Assembly (NCBI GenBank): GCA_976551045.1
Contig: CDPCPM010000063.1
Span: forward strand, 7,874,001-7,938,000
Length of the DNA: 64,000 nt
Origin: Glaucostegus cemiculus
Taxonomy: Eukaryota
Reading direction: 5' to 3'
Part shown: in pieces, positions 39,201 through 54,200 of the stretch
How the letters are laid out: each line of letters starts with the position of its first letter
Position numbering within the stretch: position 1 is the first letter of the stretch
Translations under genes and position numbers: made by a program
The notes under the pieces: generated by a model
The model's input: the letters and a program-made list of their open reading frames with translations, nothing else
The model's database searches: none
Told to the model about the DNA's origin: nothing

Positions 39201-42200
39201 GCACTGAGCACATGGACTTTTAGAGAAGCATTTCTTTGCCAACAAGTTTCTTGGATATCATTCTTACATTATTCTCTTATTCTAAAGTTGAGGATAATAC
39301 CAATGCCTAAATATATATCTTGCAATAGATCAGTTTGTTAGTTTTAGGTCTCTAGATCAGTAATTGTATTTCCCATTAATGTGCAAATTAACTGCTTTTG
39401 CTTACCTAATGAAGGCTTTAAAAAAGAATTTTAAAAGAATGAGAATCAATGGAATAATTTCAGTATTTCCCCACTTTTTCAGCAATTATCTTTCATGAGA
39501 ATGACAGTAGGGAGAGATGAGTCTTGAGGCATATCAGGTTGATTCAGCTTTTCTGAATTTTGTGACTTCTTTCTATCTTTTGAACAGATGCTTTGTCACA
39601 CGCCTTGAAGTTGTGCATTGCAAAATTTCAATCAAGTAACAGGTCTGACAGGCAATGGCAGGAAGAGCCTTCATATAATTCAAACCAAAACTTAAAAGAT
39701 GAAGTTTAAATGAGCATGTTTAAAATATTTTTTTTAGAATCCATTAATTTATGATCTTGAATTTACTGAAGCCCCTGTCAACCTACAGACTTGTGAATCA
39801 GGTTGACAGACAACAGCAAGGGAAGCACACCTAAAGGCGGCAAAAAACACTGCTAATGATCTATTATATTACAGAGGATAAACTGAGAAATGACTTATGC
39901 TTTACTTGCTTTGAGTTGGCTTTTCACATTATGTAAAAAATGCCCCAAAAAATAGATGTGAAAATCATTTGCTTCTGAGAAACTGAAGAGTTCATTCACC
40001 AGGTGAGTGTTCAGTCCACAACCCACACAGAACAGGCTGAAATATACTTCTTTAATGTCCTGAGTTTTATGAGCATCAGCAATGAATTATACATTAGCAA
40101 CGATTTCAGGCAACAGTGTGGAAAATAAACCCTACTGTTTAAAAACTGTATATAACTTGAATTCTGAAGATGTGTGTGTTTATTTATACAATACATTAAA
40201 TCATATTTAGGTACTAAAAGTAGGTATGTTTGCCAAAATCTATTTCTCACTCTATGGATTGGCATCCATAACTGGATTGCAAGCATAAATAATTGTATCA
40301 AAATGAAACTTTAAAATAATTGGCACTGCTTTTGAAAACACATGGCTCACCCTCAAGTGGCTTTGAAGGCACTACCTTTTAATGATCTGTGTGGGCAATC
40401 AGGTCAAGCAGAAACAGGGCCCCAAAAAGGCTCAGGCCAGATTGAGTGGCACTGGGCAACCATTCTACTTTATGTTAAGGTCAACTGCAAAAAATACTGG
40501 AAAGTAATCTCTGGAGAAAATAGGCCAGTAAACTGCACATCACAATTCCCAAGAAATTAAAACTATTTAAAAGCCCAGTTCTGCATATTTTAAGTGGATT
40601 CCTAGGTATACTATTAAGATTATTTGGAAGTGCATGATCCAACTCTTAGCCATTTACAGTAGCCACATTATAGTAATTAATGAGAGTAATTGGAAAAGAA
40701 TGCTGTGTTGAATTTCTGAGAAAGAATGTTCATATCAATCATAAATGAATCTTGGCTTTATCCAAAGAAGTGCACAAAATCTTAAACTGTGCTGTTGCAA
40801 TCACAAGTGATACTAGGACAAAATCTTAAACTGTGCTGTTGCAATCACAAGTGATACTAGGAATGCACTGCATTCTTTGCATGGACCAGAGTGAAAAACA
40901 AAAGCAGGAACTGTCTGGAAGTTTAGTACAATTTTCAAACTGAGCTGCTAACAATTTCATCAAAGCAATAAACTAGTCAGAGAAACAAATCTAGGTTTTT
41001 CATTAAACTGAATCTAGGATTTACTGTGCAAAACACATTTTCTAGTAGTATATTACACTATGGTGGCTAATTTCAGGCATTTTTAAAATAGCATGATGAA
41101 TGTCACTAGGAATAATGGAAAGACACATGTTGATACCGCTGTCACTGTTTTCCTATAAAAGTTGATTTCTATCTTTTAGATTAAATCTGTTGAATGTTTT
41201 AATTTGTGTAATAATTACTGTGAAACTAAAATATCTGTGGGTTTCTTAATTAAACCATTTACTGGCCTTTAATATTTGCAAATGGGACCTGGTACAGAAA
41301 AGGTTGGGAACCACTGATCTATTGGGCAAATGTGATTCATTTTAGGGAAAGCTAGATAATCACTGAGAGGGAAAAGAATAGAATGTTATGTTGACATGAT
41401 GGTAAGGACAGGAGCAAAAACAGTGGCACGGATCAGTTGAGCAGGGTGACTTGTTTTTGTTCGGTACATCCCGTATATGAATATATTTTTCAACTGAGGG
41501 GATGCAAGCTGTAATGACCCATTGAACATGGGAAGAATAAGACTAATATTGTACTATTTTATGACATACATTAATTGTATCACTTACTTTTATTTCAAAT
41601 ACAGTAATTTTTAAGTAGTGCTCTTCTTCAAATGTGTTTTCCTCGTTGTAGAAAGCTTTTATGAATGGACCAGCTATAACATGGATATAATTGTGGAATT
41701 CATCAGCATGTGTTGAAAAATATGGCAGCTTCTCTAGATACTGAAGGATACATGCTCTTTGCATATATATGTTCTCTGGCAAATTAAACGCATCACTGGA
41801 TAGATTTAAAAAAAAACTCCTGTCAAGCAGTGCATTCAATTATTGAAGAAAGGAAACATATTTCTTTAAAATACAAATTTACTGTTAATAATTGTTTCCA
41901 CATTAGGTAATTCTGAGATGAGAAATTTTTTGTGGTATATTTGGTTCAAGTGAAATTTCATTGCTGATATTTCTAATTTCTTCATAGACAAACTGAACTT
42001 GCAACTGGCAATTTCTACAAGATATTTTTCAAACTATTTTCATTCACATTAAGGAAATCTGCGATCAAGAGATTTACTAAACAGGTACATCAGGCAACAT
42101 ACTTGTAAAGAGAAATAATGTTACCATTTCTGAACTTCCTCTTTCTGACCCCAAGCAATCAGTCCTCAGTAAAGACCTCAAGCTGCTTCTCCCTACATCC

Positions 42201-45200
42201 CCATCTTAATGAATTCTGAGCCCAGCATGACATTAAACTCTCCTTCCACTGCCTTTGCCTCTGTGCCCATTTCTTTGGCCAGCTGCCTTTTGCCAGAACC
42301 AGAAAAGTCAGAGTCAAGTTTAAAGGTGCAAAGAAAGGTATGTAGTGGGATGTTAAGGAGGTTAAATGACAAAGTGGATCTTTGTGCAAGCAAAAAGGGA
42401 GAATATCAAGAAGGCCATATTGTGACCTGTTGTCTGAAATGTTGATCACAAGTTTGAGAGCTTTTCCAAACCTGAGTTAAATTATCTCCAATAATGATTT
42501 TGCAATTCCCAATTGCACCATCTTTTATTTATACTGTTTGCTGTTTCCTTTTGATTTGCACCAATTTCCCTTTTTATTTAATCTCTCCACCCTTTCACTT
42601 CTCTGCACCTTATAGTCTGGATTTCTCTAATATTTTAATATTTTAATCAAAGGCCATTAACCTGAAACATTAAACCTGATTCCTTTTTCCACAGACACTT
42701 TAAATTAATGCTAGGTATGCTCAAAATTTGGCCCAACAATATGTACTAAAGTTGATAAAGTCATATTAATGCATCATTGCTAGAACCTCTTTACTAGCAC
42801 TTGAAGGGCCATTCAGTTAACTTTGCTCAAATTTCTTATTTTCTTTAATAAAGCATAGTAATAGTAACTATACACTCCATCATTCACTTTACTGAAACAA
42901 GTTAAAAGGTTAATGTAACTTACATGTTTAATGCATGATTTAGCATTGCTATAAGGAGATTTATAGCTAGAATTGCTTCTAATCCAATAAACGTTCCCAC
43001 AAGTATATATGTCATGATTGTATCTCGTTCATACATTGCTTGGTAATTGTAATTATCAATAATACTAATACGGAACATAGTGAATAGACAGTTTGATACG
43101 TTACTGAACTCTGGTAGCTCTTTAGATCCTACAAAGAAAAAAAAACAGTAGAATAAAATTAGGATTCTTGGGAACAAGAGTAATTAAATCCAAAAAAATG
43201 ACCCAATGAAAGCATTTAATGAAATATTGACTATTTCAAGTACAAAATGAAATTATAGAAATCTAACTGATAGTGAAGTTATAATTATAGGCAGAGGTGA
43301 TGAAATGAACAATGGGGTTGTTGCTGTATTACGGGATTACAAGAGTGACAGCTGTGGAAGATTTGAATAATTGAGCTGTAGAGAGATATTGAGGAAAGGA
43401 AATAAATGAATTCATAAAATGCAAGAGTTGAAGATGCAAGGTTTGAAACTGTACAGTGCCTAGCATTGTACAACACATATTAAGGTGTCATGGGGAGCAG
43501 AATCAGTTTTGTGTAAAGCATTCTTGCAGCAATATCCGATTGTGCATAAAACCTAGGCAACCACGCACTAGAACAAGCCTGCACACTTAAATCCAAATGG
43601 AAATGGGGAAAGCACAGGCTGGAAACAACTGTAATAGTGCTGCCAAGCCAGACATAGTATTCCAGCTTCACCTGGCCTTTTTGAGTAATTGGGCAAACAT
43701 TTTCAAACATTTACATCTGGTATGACAATCTTGGCATTCATTGCAGTCAAAGTGTATTTCTTTTCCATGGTCAGGTGCCAACCAATTTATTCCTCTTTAT
43801 ACCTGGCACAATATAAACTTTCAATGACATGGTTCTCAGTGTGTAACATGCACATTCATTAAGCATATTAAGCATGCTGGGGAGATACGAAATTTTGTGT
43901 ACTGCCTAACTGATATATCTCTTGTCAAATGCATTTAAATATATGCCGTTAATACTCAGCATGGGTTATACACAGGAAGCAAATCTGGATAGCAGGGACA
44001 AGCCCTGCACTTGCAATATTTGACAGGATCATCAATCACTTGCAAGATTATTACAAGTAATTTCAGGCTTGCGTTAACGGTGTGTAAAGACTGCTGCTGG
44101 AAATCTTGGCATTTCTTTTGCTGAGGCTTGAAGTGAAGGTTGCCTTTCGTGAATTGGCAAAATGGAGCCTTGGTAATGGTCACTCTGGGACTCCAACATT
44201 ATAAAGAAGAAGAGCTAAGAGCCCTCACAGAGAGACAGAAAGACTCTGGCTGGGAGGTCGTCACCACTGAAAGTCTCCAGGAGTCATACTCCTATTTTTA
44301 GCTATCCAATGAGCAATGCATCCAGGGGCTATTTTCCAAGTCAGTGGTGACAGACATCTGTCACAACCACTGTCACTTCCATATATTTCCATTTTCAGCT
44401 CATTGTTTCAAATGGTATCTCATGGCATCTCCTTTTGGTCAAGTAAAGGATATAAAGCATCACAAACAAACTGGTTTGCCCACTTTGTAGTTTAAGATAT
44501 TATTTATTTATTAGTTGCATGTACATTGAAACATACAGTGAAATGCATTTTTTTGCTTTACTAAGAATGTGCTGGGGGCAGACTGCAAGTGTCGCCACTC
44601 TTCCGGCACCAACATAGCATGCCCACGGCTTCTAACCTGTACGCCTTTGGAATGTGGGAGAAAACCAGAGCATCTGGAGGAAACTCATGCAAACACGGGA
44701 AGAATGTACAAACTCCTTACATACAGCAGTAGAATTTAACCCAGGTTGCTGGCGCTGTAATAGCGTTATGCTAACCACCACACTACCGTTCTTAGAAAGT
44801 TCAGAGGACAATAGACTGCCAGTGCATTGGACTCCATACAAAGGCTATCATTTAGATAGCATCTTCCAAACCCACAACCTATACCAGCTAGAAGGACAAG
44901 GGCAGCAAAAGCACGGGGAACATGGGGAAGTTACCCTCCAAGCCACTTACGATCCTGACTTGGAACTACATCACAGTTCCTTCACTATCGCTGGGTCAAA
45001 ATCCTGGAACTCTTTCCCTAACAGCATTGTGGGTATACCCATATCTCACGGCCTGCAGCAGTTCAAGAAGGTAGCTCACCACCTCCTTTTCAAGGCCAAT
45101 TAGAGACGGGCAATTAAATGCTGGCTCAGCCTGTGAAGCCCATATACCTTGAACCAATATAAAAAAAAAAATCCCTGAATGTCTAAGAATGTATGTGACT

Positions 45201-48200
45201 CTCATTGTTAGTGCCATGCACCTGAATAGCTCACATGACTCATTCATTTGAGGTGATTTGCTGTGCCTACCATATTCTAGATGTCATGCTTGATGATGGA
45301 TGGTTCTTGGAAGACAAAGCTTGTCCTCTCTGTCCTCAACAACTCACGATTTCAGTACATTGGATCAGCTGGAAATCTTAATTATAACTGCAACCATTGA
45401 ATGCTGTGCAGCTTGGTAGAGAGTGCCGTTGGGGCTCTTGTAACATAATTCCACAACCTGGATTACTTAGGATGCACTCTGCAGAACCCACAGAGGCTTC
45501 CTCACTTCATTATAAATTGTTGCATGCTGCACCATCTTGCCATTATAAAAACACATATAAAACTACTGCTCAGCTGCATTAAGAGGAAGAGCAAGAAGAG
45601 AGCTGAGGAAGAAATGGCAAGTAACAAAGTGGCATTCCCACTGGGTGTGCTGTAAGGATGTGTAATGCTGCTGGGAACATCATAATCAAAAAATTACCTG
45701 AACCAGGCAATCAATTACTGTGCCTGCAAGTCACGTTGGAATTTGGCGATGGACTCAACTCCTACTTTGTAAAGTCATTTCATCATTTTCAAAGTTGAAG
45801 TCAGGGCTGCAGGACAATCTGTTTGCAACTTTAAAGACAGAAAAATGCTCTATGGATCTGAAAAACTGTCTGTAGTTGGTTCAAGGAATGTATTTTCTAT
45901 GACATTGAACAAAAGTCTATTTCATTCAGTATAAAGCAGCCACTGCATTACCAGCCTTATAATCAACATAAGCTTTCTCTGCAGTCCATCATGTGCAACA
46001 TCTGAAGAGGAAGAGAGAGAGAGAGATGGAATAGGGGTAAGTGAGTGTAGTTATATAGCTGTTAGTAGTTGGGATTTTTCTGGTGCTCCAAATTAAGCGG
46101 GCATTTGAGGTCATTGAACTATTTGCAATACAGGGGCCAGGTGGTGGAGCACTACTACAGACATTGGTCTTTCTGACCACTTTCTCCAATTGTTGCTTCA
46201 TATTGGCCATTGAAAGCTTCCAAGGTTTCCTTCCAGTCTAAAATCTTTCCAGGGTGTCCAGCTCATCCACTAGGATCTCGGTGCCACTGTCAGTGAAAAT
46301 GGGTACCCAGTTCCTTACCTGTGGTGCCATTGTTGGAGTTAGTATACCTGAAGCTGCAGAATAACTTCCAGAAGAAGTTTAAGGGTTGTTGGCATGATAT
46401 CAATTAACTCGAGTTAGTTTCAGCTGGTGTCTGGGACTATTAAGATAATTGGGGCTTAATGTGCATTTAGGGGGAAGACATTGTGAGTGAGCAAGTACTT
46501 TCACAAGGTATACATAGGTAAGGCATGCTCTAATAGAACAGGGACAAACTGGCATGGGTCTTCCATAAATATCCATTTTAGGGCCTATTTTCAAGATTGA
46601 ATGTACTTCTGGATCTTTGTGTGAGTTTATTTTGTAGATGAACAGGCAATACCACATGCAATGAATGATCAAATCTTGCCATACATATATTCAATAGAGT
46701 TGTCATTTTCTACCTCTGCAGTTAGGAGTAATTGATCTCAAATGACTAAAGTCTCCTGTCATATACAACACTGCAACATTTAAACAACAAAATATTGTTA
46801 AATTTTAAACTGGTTGGATATATCATACCTCCAAAAATCAGGTAGTAGGCAAATCCAAATGGTATAAAGATCTGTACATAGAGGAAAAGGAACTTAAATA
46901 CGAGTGGGATAACCTTGCCAACCGTGATTAAAAATGGTCCAATAAACCTACAGGAAAAGATAAATACAGCATTTGCAAAATTACTTATTAGTCTGCATTG
47001 CACAATTTCAGCAATTTATTTTGTTAGATAAAGATTTAAAAATAAAGTGAATATTTATAAATTGCTGGTGTGACATATACTGGGCCAGATCTTTTGCTAC
47101 CCTGAGATCATTAGCTGTGTGCCATGAACCATGTTGCATTTTCCAGCATTTTCTGGGATGCAGTATTCTACTAGGGACCCTGCTCCCAGCCCATTAGTGA
47201 GACCTAGCACATTAGCAGGGCGCAGCACAGCAGAGAGCGGGGCAGGAATTTGACATTCTACGGCATTCAAAATTACTCTGGACTTGTTCAAAAATAGAAA
47301 TGTTATAACGTATTATAACTATTGAAAAAATTAAAAGATTAAAACACACACACACACGCTCCCTCTCTATTTCGCTCACTCAGCTGTTCAGGAGGACACT
47401 TCAACTTATTCTTCAGCAAAACAATGACAAAATGGCTTTAATCAAGTGACTTCATCAGGTGGTTGTGCACCACTGCATAGGAACCAGTTAATCTTTCAAC
47501 ATTGACCAATTGATTGCATACCTTTAGATTGAAATAAACACCTTATTTCAAATTATCCTCACAGCATTCAATTTCTGTGCATGTGAAGCTTCTTTTCAAG
47601 TAGAGGCTGTGGAAACCTGACAAAATCATGTAAATTGTCTCATAGAAAATGGTCAAGATCAGAATGAGGGTTGTGATGGATACATCTTTGCACCAAGCAG
47701 CCAAGCAAAATACCCACCCAATTCAACAAAGGCAAAGACAAATTGTCTAGGGCAAATAACATCATGGGATTGTAAACAACAGCTACAAAGCAAAGATGTT
47801 TTTGCATTTTTTGTAAGGGGTGTGTTTAGGTCTAATAAAACACGGATCTGTTTATACAGTATATTTAAAGGTCTTAAAAGAAATCAATAAATATAAACAA
47901 ATATTGTCATCTTCCACTGCATCTTATTTGAACACTAAATAACACTCACTTGAAAGGTCTGAAATGTTTAACATTCCAAAGCCACAAAGGGGGAAGCGTT
48001 GCAGCTACCAGCTGCCGATGAAGCCAACATACTGAGAGATCCACGTGCAAAATCATGTCGGCCACATGTATAAATATGACAGCCAGCAGCAAACCAACTA
48101 CTAACCAGCCATGAAGGTACCTAAATGAAAATGAAACTGAAATATAACATTCTTTTAATTCAAATAACTTACAAGTCTATTTTAATCATACAATTTAGGT

Positions 48201-51200
48201 ATGCCTCCCTAATTTTCTCTGGTTTCTTTTTTCCTGAAAGTTGTCAACTTTATGGTTGCACAAGTACATGTTGCTCTCCATATAGTCATTTGCAGGTAGC
48301 AGCCAAAATAAGTATCAAATGACTGTGGGGAACATCAGTCTGATATCCACGCACACATGATTATGAGCAGGGGTCCCAGCTGATTTCCCCCATTCTATTT
48401 CAGGATACTAATCACACTGTCATTCTAAATGAAATTGAGTAATATGGCAAAAGATCTGGGATCATTTAAATTGTATTGATTTATGCTAAACCTCAATGTG
48501 CTTTTAACAACATAGGCATACAGGGAGCTCCCTGAAAGTGATCTAGTTGGACATTCATGGTTTCCTTAAATTGGAAGGTCTGATCTATGAGTCAGTGAGA
48601 AGCTTTTCAATGTGATATTATTGATCTAAAATTTTAAGAAAGCACACTGATAGCCATCAGACTCACCAGAAATCTAGTGTATATAATGTTGTTGCTGCTA
48701 AATCATCCAGTTCTTTCTTTATAAACTTTGCCTCCTAATATTAGAATAGAAATCATTATTTATATGCAGGTCAATTCTGCTGATTTTAAGTAATCATAAA
48801 GCATTAGTTTTCATCAGTCAGTTATGCCTTTCCTATTCACAAGTACCCATGGCTGTTCTTAAAAATTTTAAAAACAAAATGCAGAGTAATTCAAATAAAT
48901 AAAGCCTCTTTGCCTGATAAAGAGTATACATTATCCCCAAGCCAAAAATGATTGAACTTAAAAGTACCAAACTCTAGTAAACCTTCAGCTACTTAATTAA
49001 CAGAATAATTCCCCCAATGTGAGTCATACACTTTGGACAATCATCGACTGTACCCTGAAGCTTTATATCAGTAAGTATCAATATTGCAGGGAATTGATTT
49101 GACTGCACATTCATATTGACAGATTTGCTCATTTGGAATGAACAGCTCATTTGTCTTCTGCCAAAGTAGATAGCTATAAATTGGCTATTAGACTTCTTAC
49201 AGATTACGTCTTGAAAGCTTTGCTGAGTTCCTTCTGAATGGCAAGATAAGTAGCACAGTTAATCATTGTGTGAGTGAAATGATGACAGAGCAAAGGCACA
49301 TTCCATCAAACAAAGGATGCATGAGCAGAGGTGAGAAGCCCAAAAGCATCTGTTTTCCTTTCTGCAACTTTATTAACACACATGGAGGCCTTAGGAAGCC
49401 ATTTTGTTGTATCTCTTGGAGATTTGATCCAATGAGCACATACACCACAAGCTTTGAGATTTGCTTTTATTGGGGAATATTCAAAAACTTTCATTGAAAT
49501 TGAACTTTATGTCACCATTACTAGTGGACAATACCTTTGAGTTGCTTTTCCTAATGTCTAGGCCCTCCTTCAGGAAGTAAACATAGTGTATCAGAGATAA
49601 ATCGTCCTTCCAGTGCTTCTTACAAAATTGCCCATCATAGTCCAAGGTTTTGAAAATCAAAAATAAGCAGATGCTGGATATTCGTGTCATATTTGTTGCT
49701 GCCACAAAATACTTTTATCCTTCTTTTCAGATGTCAAAGACCACAAATTTCAATACTCCTCCAAGTTATTCTTCCCCTTCATTTTCCTCTGAACACACTC
49801 CACCCCTTTTCGGGTTTCACACCCAGGCACGTTTTTACTTATCCTTCTGAATTTCCTCTCTCTGATCCCAAGCAATCAGTCCTCAGTAAAGACCTCAGCT
49901 TCTTCTCCCTACATCCCCATCTTAATGAATTCCGAGCCCAGCATGACATTAAACTCTCCTTCCACTGCCTTTTCCTCTGTGCCTATTTCTTTGGCCAGCT
50001 GTCTTTTACCCCAGATTGTGGAACCTTTTCCCATCCCCAGATTTGACAATCCACTGGAAGCCTTACTCTGGTTTCTTAACCTCTCTACAACTATTCATTA
50101 CTAACTGTTGATGCAACATTGATTACCTTGATTTTTCCATACCCTTTACTCAATCTAATCTATCCACTTCTGAACTTGCAGCACTGCAAGTTCAGAAATC
50201 TCCAATCTCAATATTGCCATCAAAACTACTGACTAGGGTGGTGCTTTGTTGTTTGGTGAACTAACTTGTATCTCACAGAAGCCAAGTGTCAGCTTTGGAA
50301 TACCTAGACAACACCAATACATACATCAAGCTGCTGTTTATCGATTACGGCTCAGCATTCAACACCATCATCCCTCCAGTACAAATCAACATGCTTCAAA
50401 ACCTAGGCATCTGTACCTCCCTCTGCAACTGGATCTTTGACTTCCTTATTGGGAGACCGCAGTCAGTGCAAATCGGTAATAACATCTCTTCCTCACTGAC
50501 ATTCAACACAGGCAGACTTCAAGGATGCATGCTTTACTCACTGCTCTACTTTCTCTGCACAGCTCAAACGGCATCTGTAAATACACCAGTAACACTACTG
50601 TTGTTGGCAGAATCTCAGATGGCAACAAGGAGGTGTACAGGAGTGAGATAGATCAGCTGGTTGAGTGGTGTCACAACAACAACCTCGCACTCAACGTCAG
50701 CAAGGTCAAGGGATTGACTGTGGACTTCAGGAAGGGGAAGTTAGAACACAAACCAATTCTCATCGATAGGTCAGCAGTGGAAAGGGTGTGCAGCTTCAAG
50801 TTCCTGGGTGTCAACATCTCGGAGGATCTATCCTGGGCCCAACGCATTGATGCAATCACAAAGAAGGCATGTCAGTAGCTCTATTTCATTGGGAGTTTGA
50901 GAAGATTTGGTATGTCACCAAACACTTGCAAATTTCTACAGATGTACAGTAGAGAGCATTCTGACTGGTTGCATCATCACCTGATATGGAGGCTCCAATG
51001 TGTAGGATCAAAAGATGCTGCAGAGGGTTGTAGACTCAGCCATCTCCATCACATCCTTCCTCACCATCCAGGACATATTCAAGAGGCAGTGCCTCAAGAA
51101 GGTGGCATCCATCATTAAGGACCCTCAGCACCCAGGACATGCCCTCTTCTCATTACTACCATCAGGGAGTTGGAATGGGAGCCTGAAGACCTACACTCAG

Positions 51201-54200
51201 TGTTTTAGGAAAAGCTTCTTCCTCTCTGCCATCAGATTTCTGAATGGTCCATGAACACATGAACATTACCTTGTTATTCCTCTTCTGCCCTATTTTTTTT
51301 TTTTGCTAACTTATAGTAATTTTTCTGTCTTGCACTATACTAGCAAAACAACAAGTTTCATGACATATGTCAGTGATAACAAACCTGATTCTGATCTCTA
51401 GATACCTCCCTCTAGACCTCCCTCTCCCTCTCCCTCTGTGTCATTATTTCCCATAGAGTCACAGACCTTATTGAGAGATTTTCCCTTCACACCCTCCAGT
51501 CTTATAATCTCTCCACCTTTTCCCCCAGTGTAAATTTGAGGAACAGCACCTTACATCTGAACATTTTGCAGTCTTCTGGACTTAATTTTAGCAAATTCAC
51601 TTTTTAACTGGCCATTTTGCTTTAGACTATCCACCTGTAGTTTTAACTCAGTACTTCCTTGTCCACTGACAATGCCTGATTAGATGGACATTTCCTGCAG
51701 CTCTGATCAGCATTTCACAGCTTTTACATCTTTGCTTTGCTTGTTTTCTCTCTCTCTCTCTCTCAAAGTTGCCTCATTAATCCATCAACTTGCTGGCTTC
51801 ATTAACTGCTTATCACCATAGCAATATTGGTTCCTTATATCATGCTCCCTTTGCAATCTATCAATCCCTTTCCAACGTCTCTGCACTTTATAATAATATT
51901 TTTTGTCTCTTTCCCAGATCTGATAAAGGGTCTTTGACCTGAAATATTAGATCTGTTTATCTCTGCACAGGTGCTGCCCGACCTGCAGAACACTTCCAGT
52001 TTTCTCTGTTTTTATCCAAGATTTTGTGTTGGTTAAAATTAAAGTAGGAGAAAAATTATATTTAATTCCCAATAATACACTGCAATATGTAAAACCTTAT
52101 CACAATCGTTGCAGGAACAGACACACTAACATTGTTCCTTAAAATGCTTCCAACATTTAAGGATTGATTTTAATGTGGAACATGCTCAGGGCAGGCAGCA
52201 GTATGCAAAATCATGTAGTTTGGGCCTAAACTGGAAAGGATATTTGCATACAAATTAAACTTCATCTATTTTTGGTTGTGTTTAGGAGTAATGCCAAACC
52301 ATGCCCCTCTCAAAAAAATTATTCACAACTCTGGTCACAAACATATTTTAAACAGTGTTATACTGGTTTGCACCCAATGTAAAGCAGTAAAACAGGCCCA
52401 GCATTGTTTCCAATGGGATCACACTCAACTCAGCACAGCTGCTCACTTTTTGGTATGCTGCTATCACAAAAGGGCATTAGCCTTTAACAGGCACATTCCC
52501 ATGGTGGCCAGACAGTAGCCACATGGATTCACACGAGGGATTTAGAAGTGCTGGTCAATGAGATGTATGCCAGCTGGGAGATCCTGTGCTCAGAGGATGG
52601 GGCAGAAGATAAACTTGACTAGAAGTGGCTAGACATGTCTCCTCCTAGAAGTGGCTAGACATGTCTCCTCCAAGAACAAGAATCCCAACACAATGAAACA
52701 ATAGAACACAGAACAGTACAGCACAGCACAGGAATAGGAACTTTAAGTCACAATGTCTGTGCTGACCATGATGCCAAGATAAACTAATCCCAAATTTATG
52801 ACATACAGTGATGTAATTCATCCTATTGTGCTCATGCTTGTTGGAAAAACAACTATCCAGCCTTAGCCCACCTACCAGCAAATAGGTCCTTTACCCTGCA
52901 GGATACAGGTCTTTAAATACTTCTTAAATGTGATGAGGGCTTCTGCTTCTATCATCTTTCAGACTGATCTCTAGACCCTTAATTCTCTGAGTGAAAACGT
53001 TTTTCCTCATCTTCTACCTGAATTTAACTTTAAATCTATAATCCTGGTTTTTGATCCTTCTTCTAAGCGAAATATATCTTTTCCATTTATTCTACTAATG
53101 CCTCTCACCATTTTAAATACCTTAAAAATGTATTTCCTTCAAGCCTCCTCTGTTGCAAAGAAAATAGCCCCAGCCTATCTGATCTTTGCTTATATTTGAA
53201 CTTCTAGTCCTGGCAACATCCTCATAAATCTTCTTTGCACCCTCTGCAATGCAATCACATCTTTCCTGTAAGACATTTATACAGAAACACAAATACACAC
53301 ACACACAAATTGTGAAGCACACATATATTGTTGTAATCCCTCACATAACCCCTCTTCCATCATTCAACTTCAATACCCTCCACACTCACATAGAGGTTAG
53401 GATCCAAAGGAAGAATAGTTAAAATGTCACTTGAATCCTTCATTTTTTTCATTTAGTCTGGAACAGGAAGAAGTAGAAGGCCAGCCATCCTTCCATTTGG
53501 GGGACCTTCACAAGTGCAGTGCATCTACCAACTGTCCTCCTCCACATGGGCCTGGAAGTGCAAGATAAATTCAACTACACAGTAATTCTGGTACTTGTGT
53601 TACTCTTGCTGTAACAGCACTCAGTTGCTGTGATTGGAGTTCACCATGGAGTGGCAAGCTAGGGAAGAGTAGCCCTTGTCCACCAGGATCCTCCTGCTGG
53701 GCAGTGTTGGCTACCTAAAATATTTAGTATTGTTGTTACGAACCAGCAACAAAAGAAACACACTGAGTCATGATTCATTGTTAAAAACTACTTTATTAAT
53801 AGCTACTTATGATAATAAGAAAAATAAAAGTAAATATGTTTGAATGTTAGAAGTAAAAATGTTAAATCTTAAACATTAACCCCAAAATCTAAAGTCATAG
53901 TGTGTGTGTGGCAAATTCCCAAACTCCAAGTCCAGGAATAATTCTCAAAGTTCAGTTTAGCAAGCCGTAAGGTGAAACGTGAGTAAAGGCTTCTTCAAAA
54001 CCACCGTTGACTAAAGACAAAACGTAGATGTAGAGAGAACATAGAGAGTAATTATAAAATCCAAATGTTCCACTCTGGAACTCATATGACACCTCAGTAT
54101 CTACTCGAATCGTGACCGCCACACAAATACCTGTTTCCTTCTACAGGTCAACAACAAAGTGAACTCCACTGCTTTGTTCTGAAGCATCTGCCACTCCAAA

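Noticed and set aside
39406-39644. Possible extra TRP exon on the minus strand (good gtaag donor near 39405)
   Set aside because: The phase-0 reading hits a stop, and 41588 joins 37563 in frame without it.
40774-40861. CRISPR-like repeat
   Set aside because: Two adjacent units with no spacer, in eukaryotic intron DNA with no cas genes.
41285-41318. hAT-MITE-like terminus AAAAGGTTGGGAACCACTG
   Set aside because: No matching second terminus or 8-bp TSD was found.
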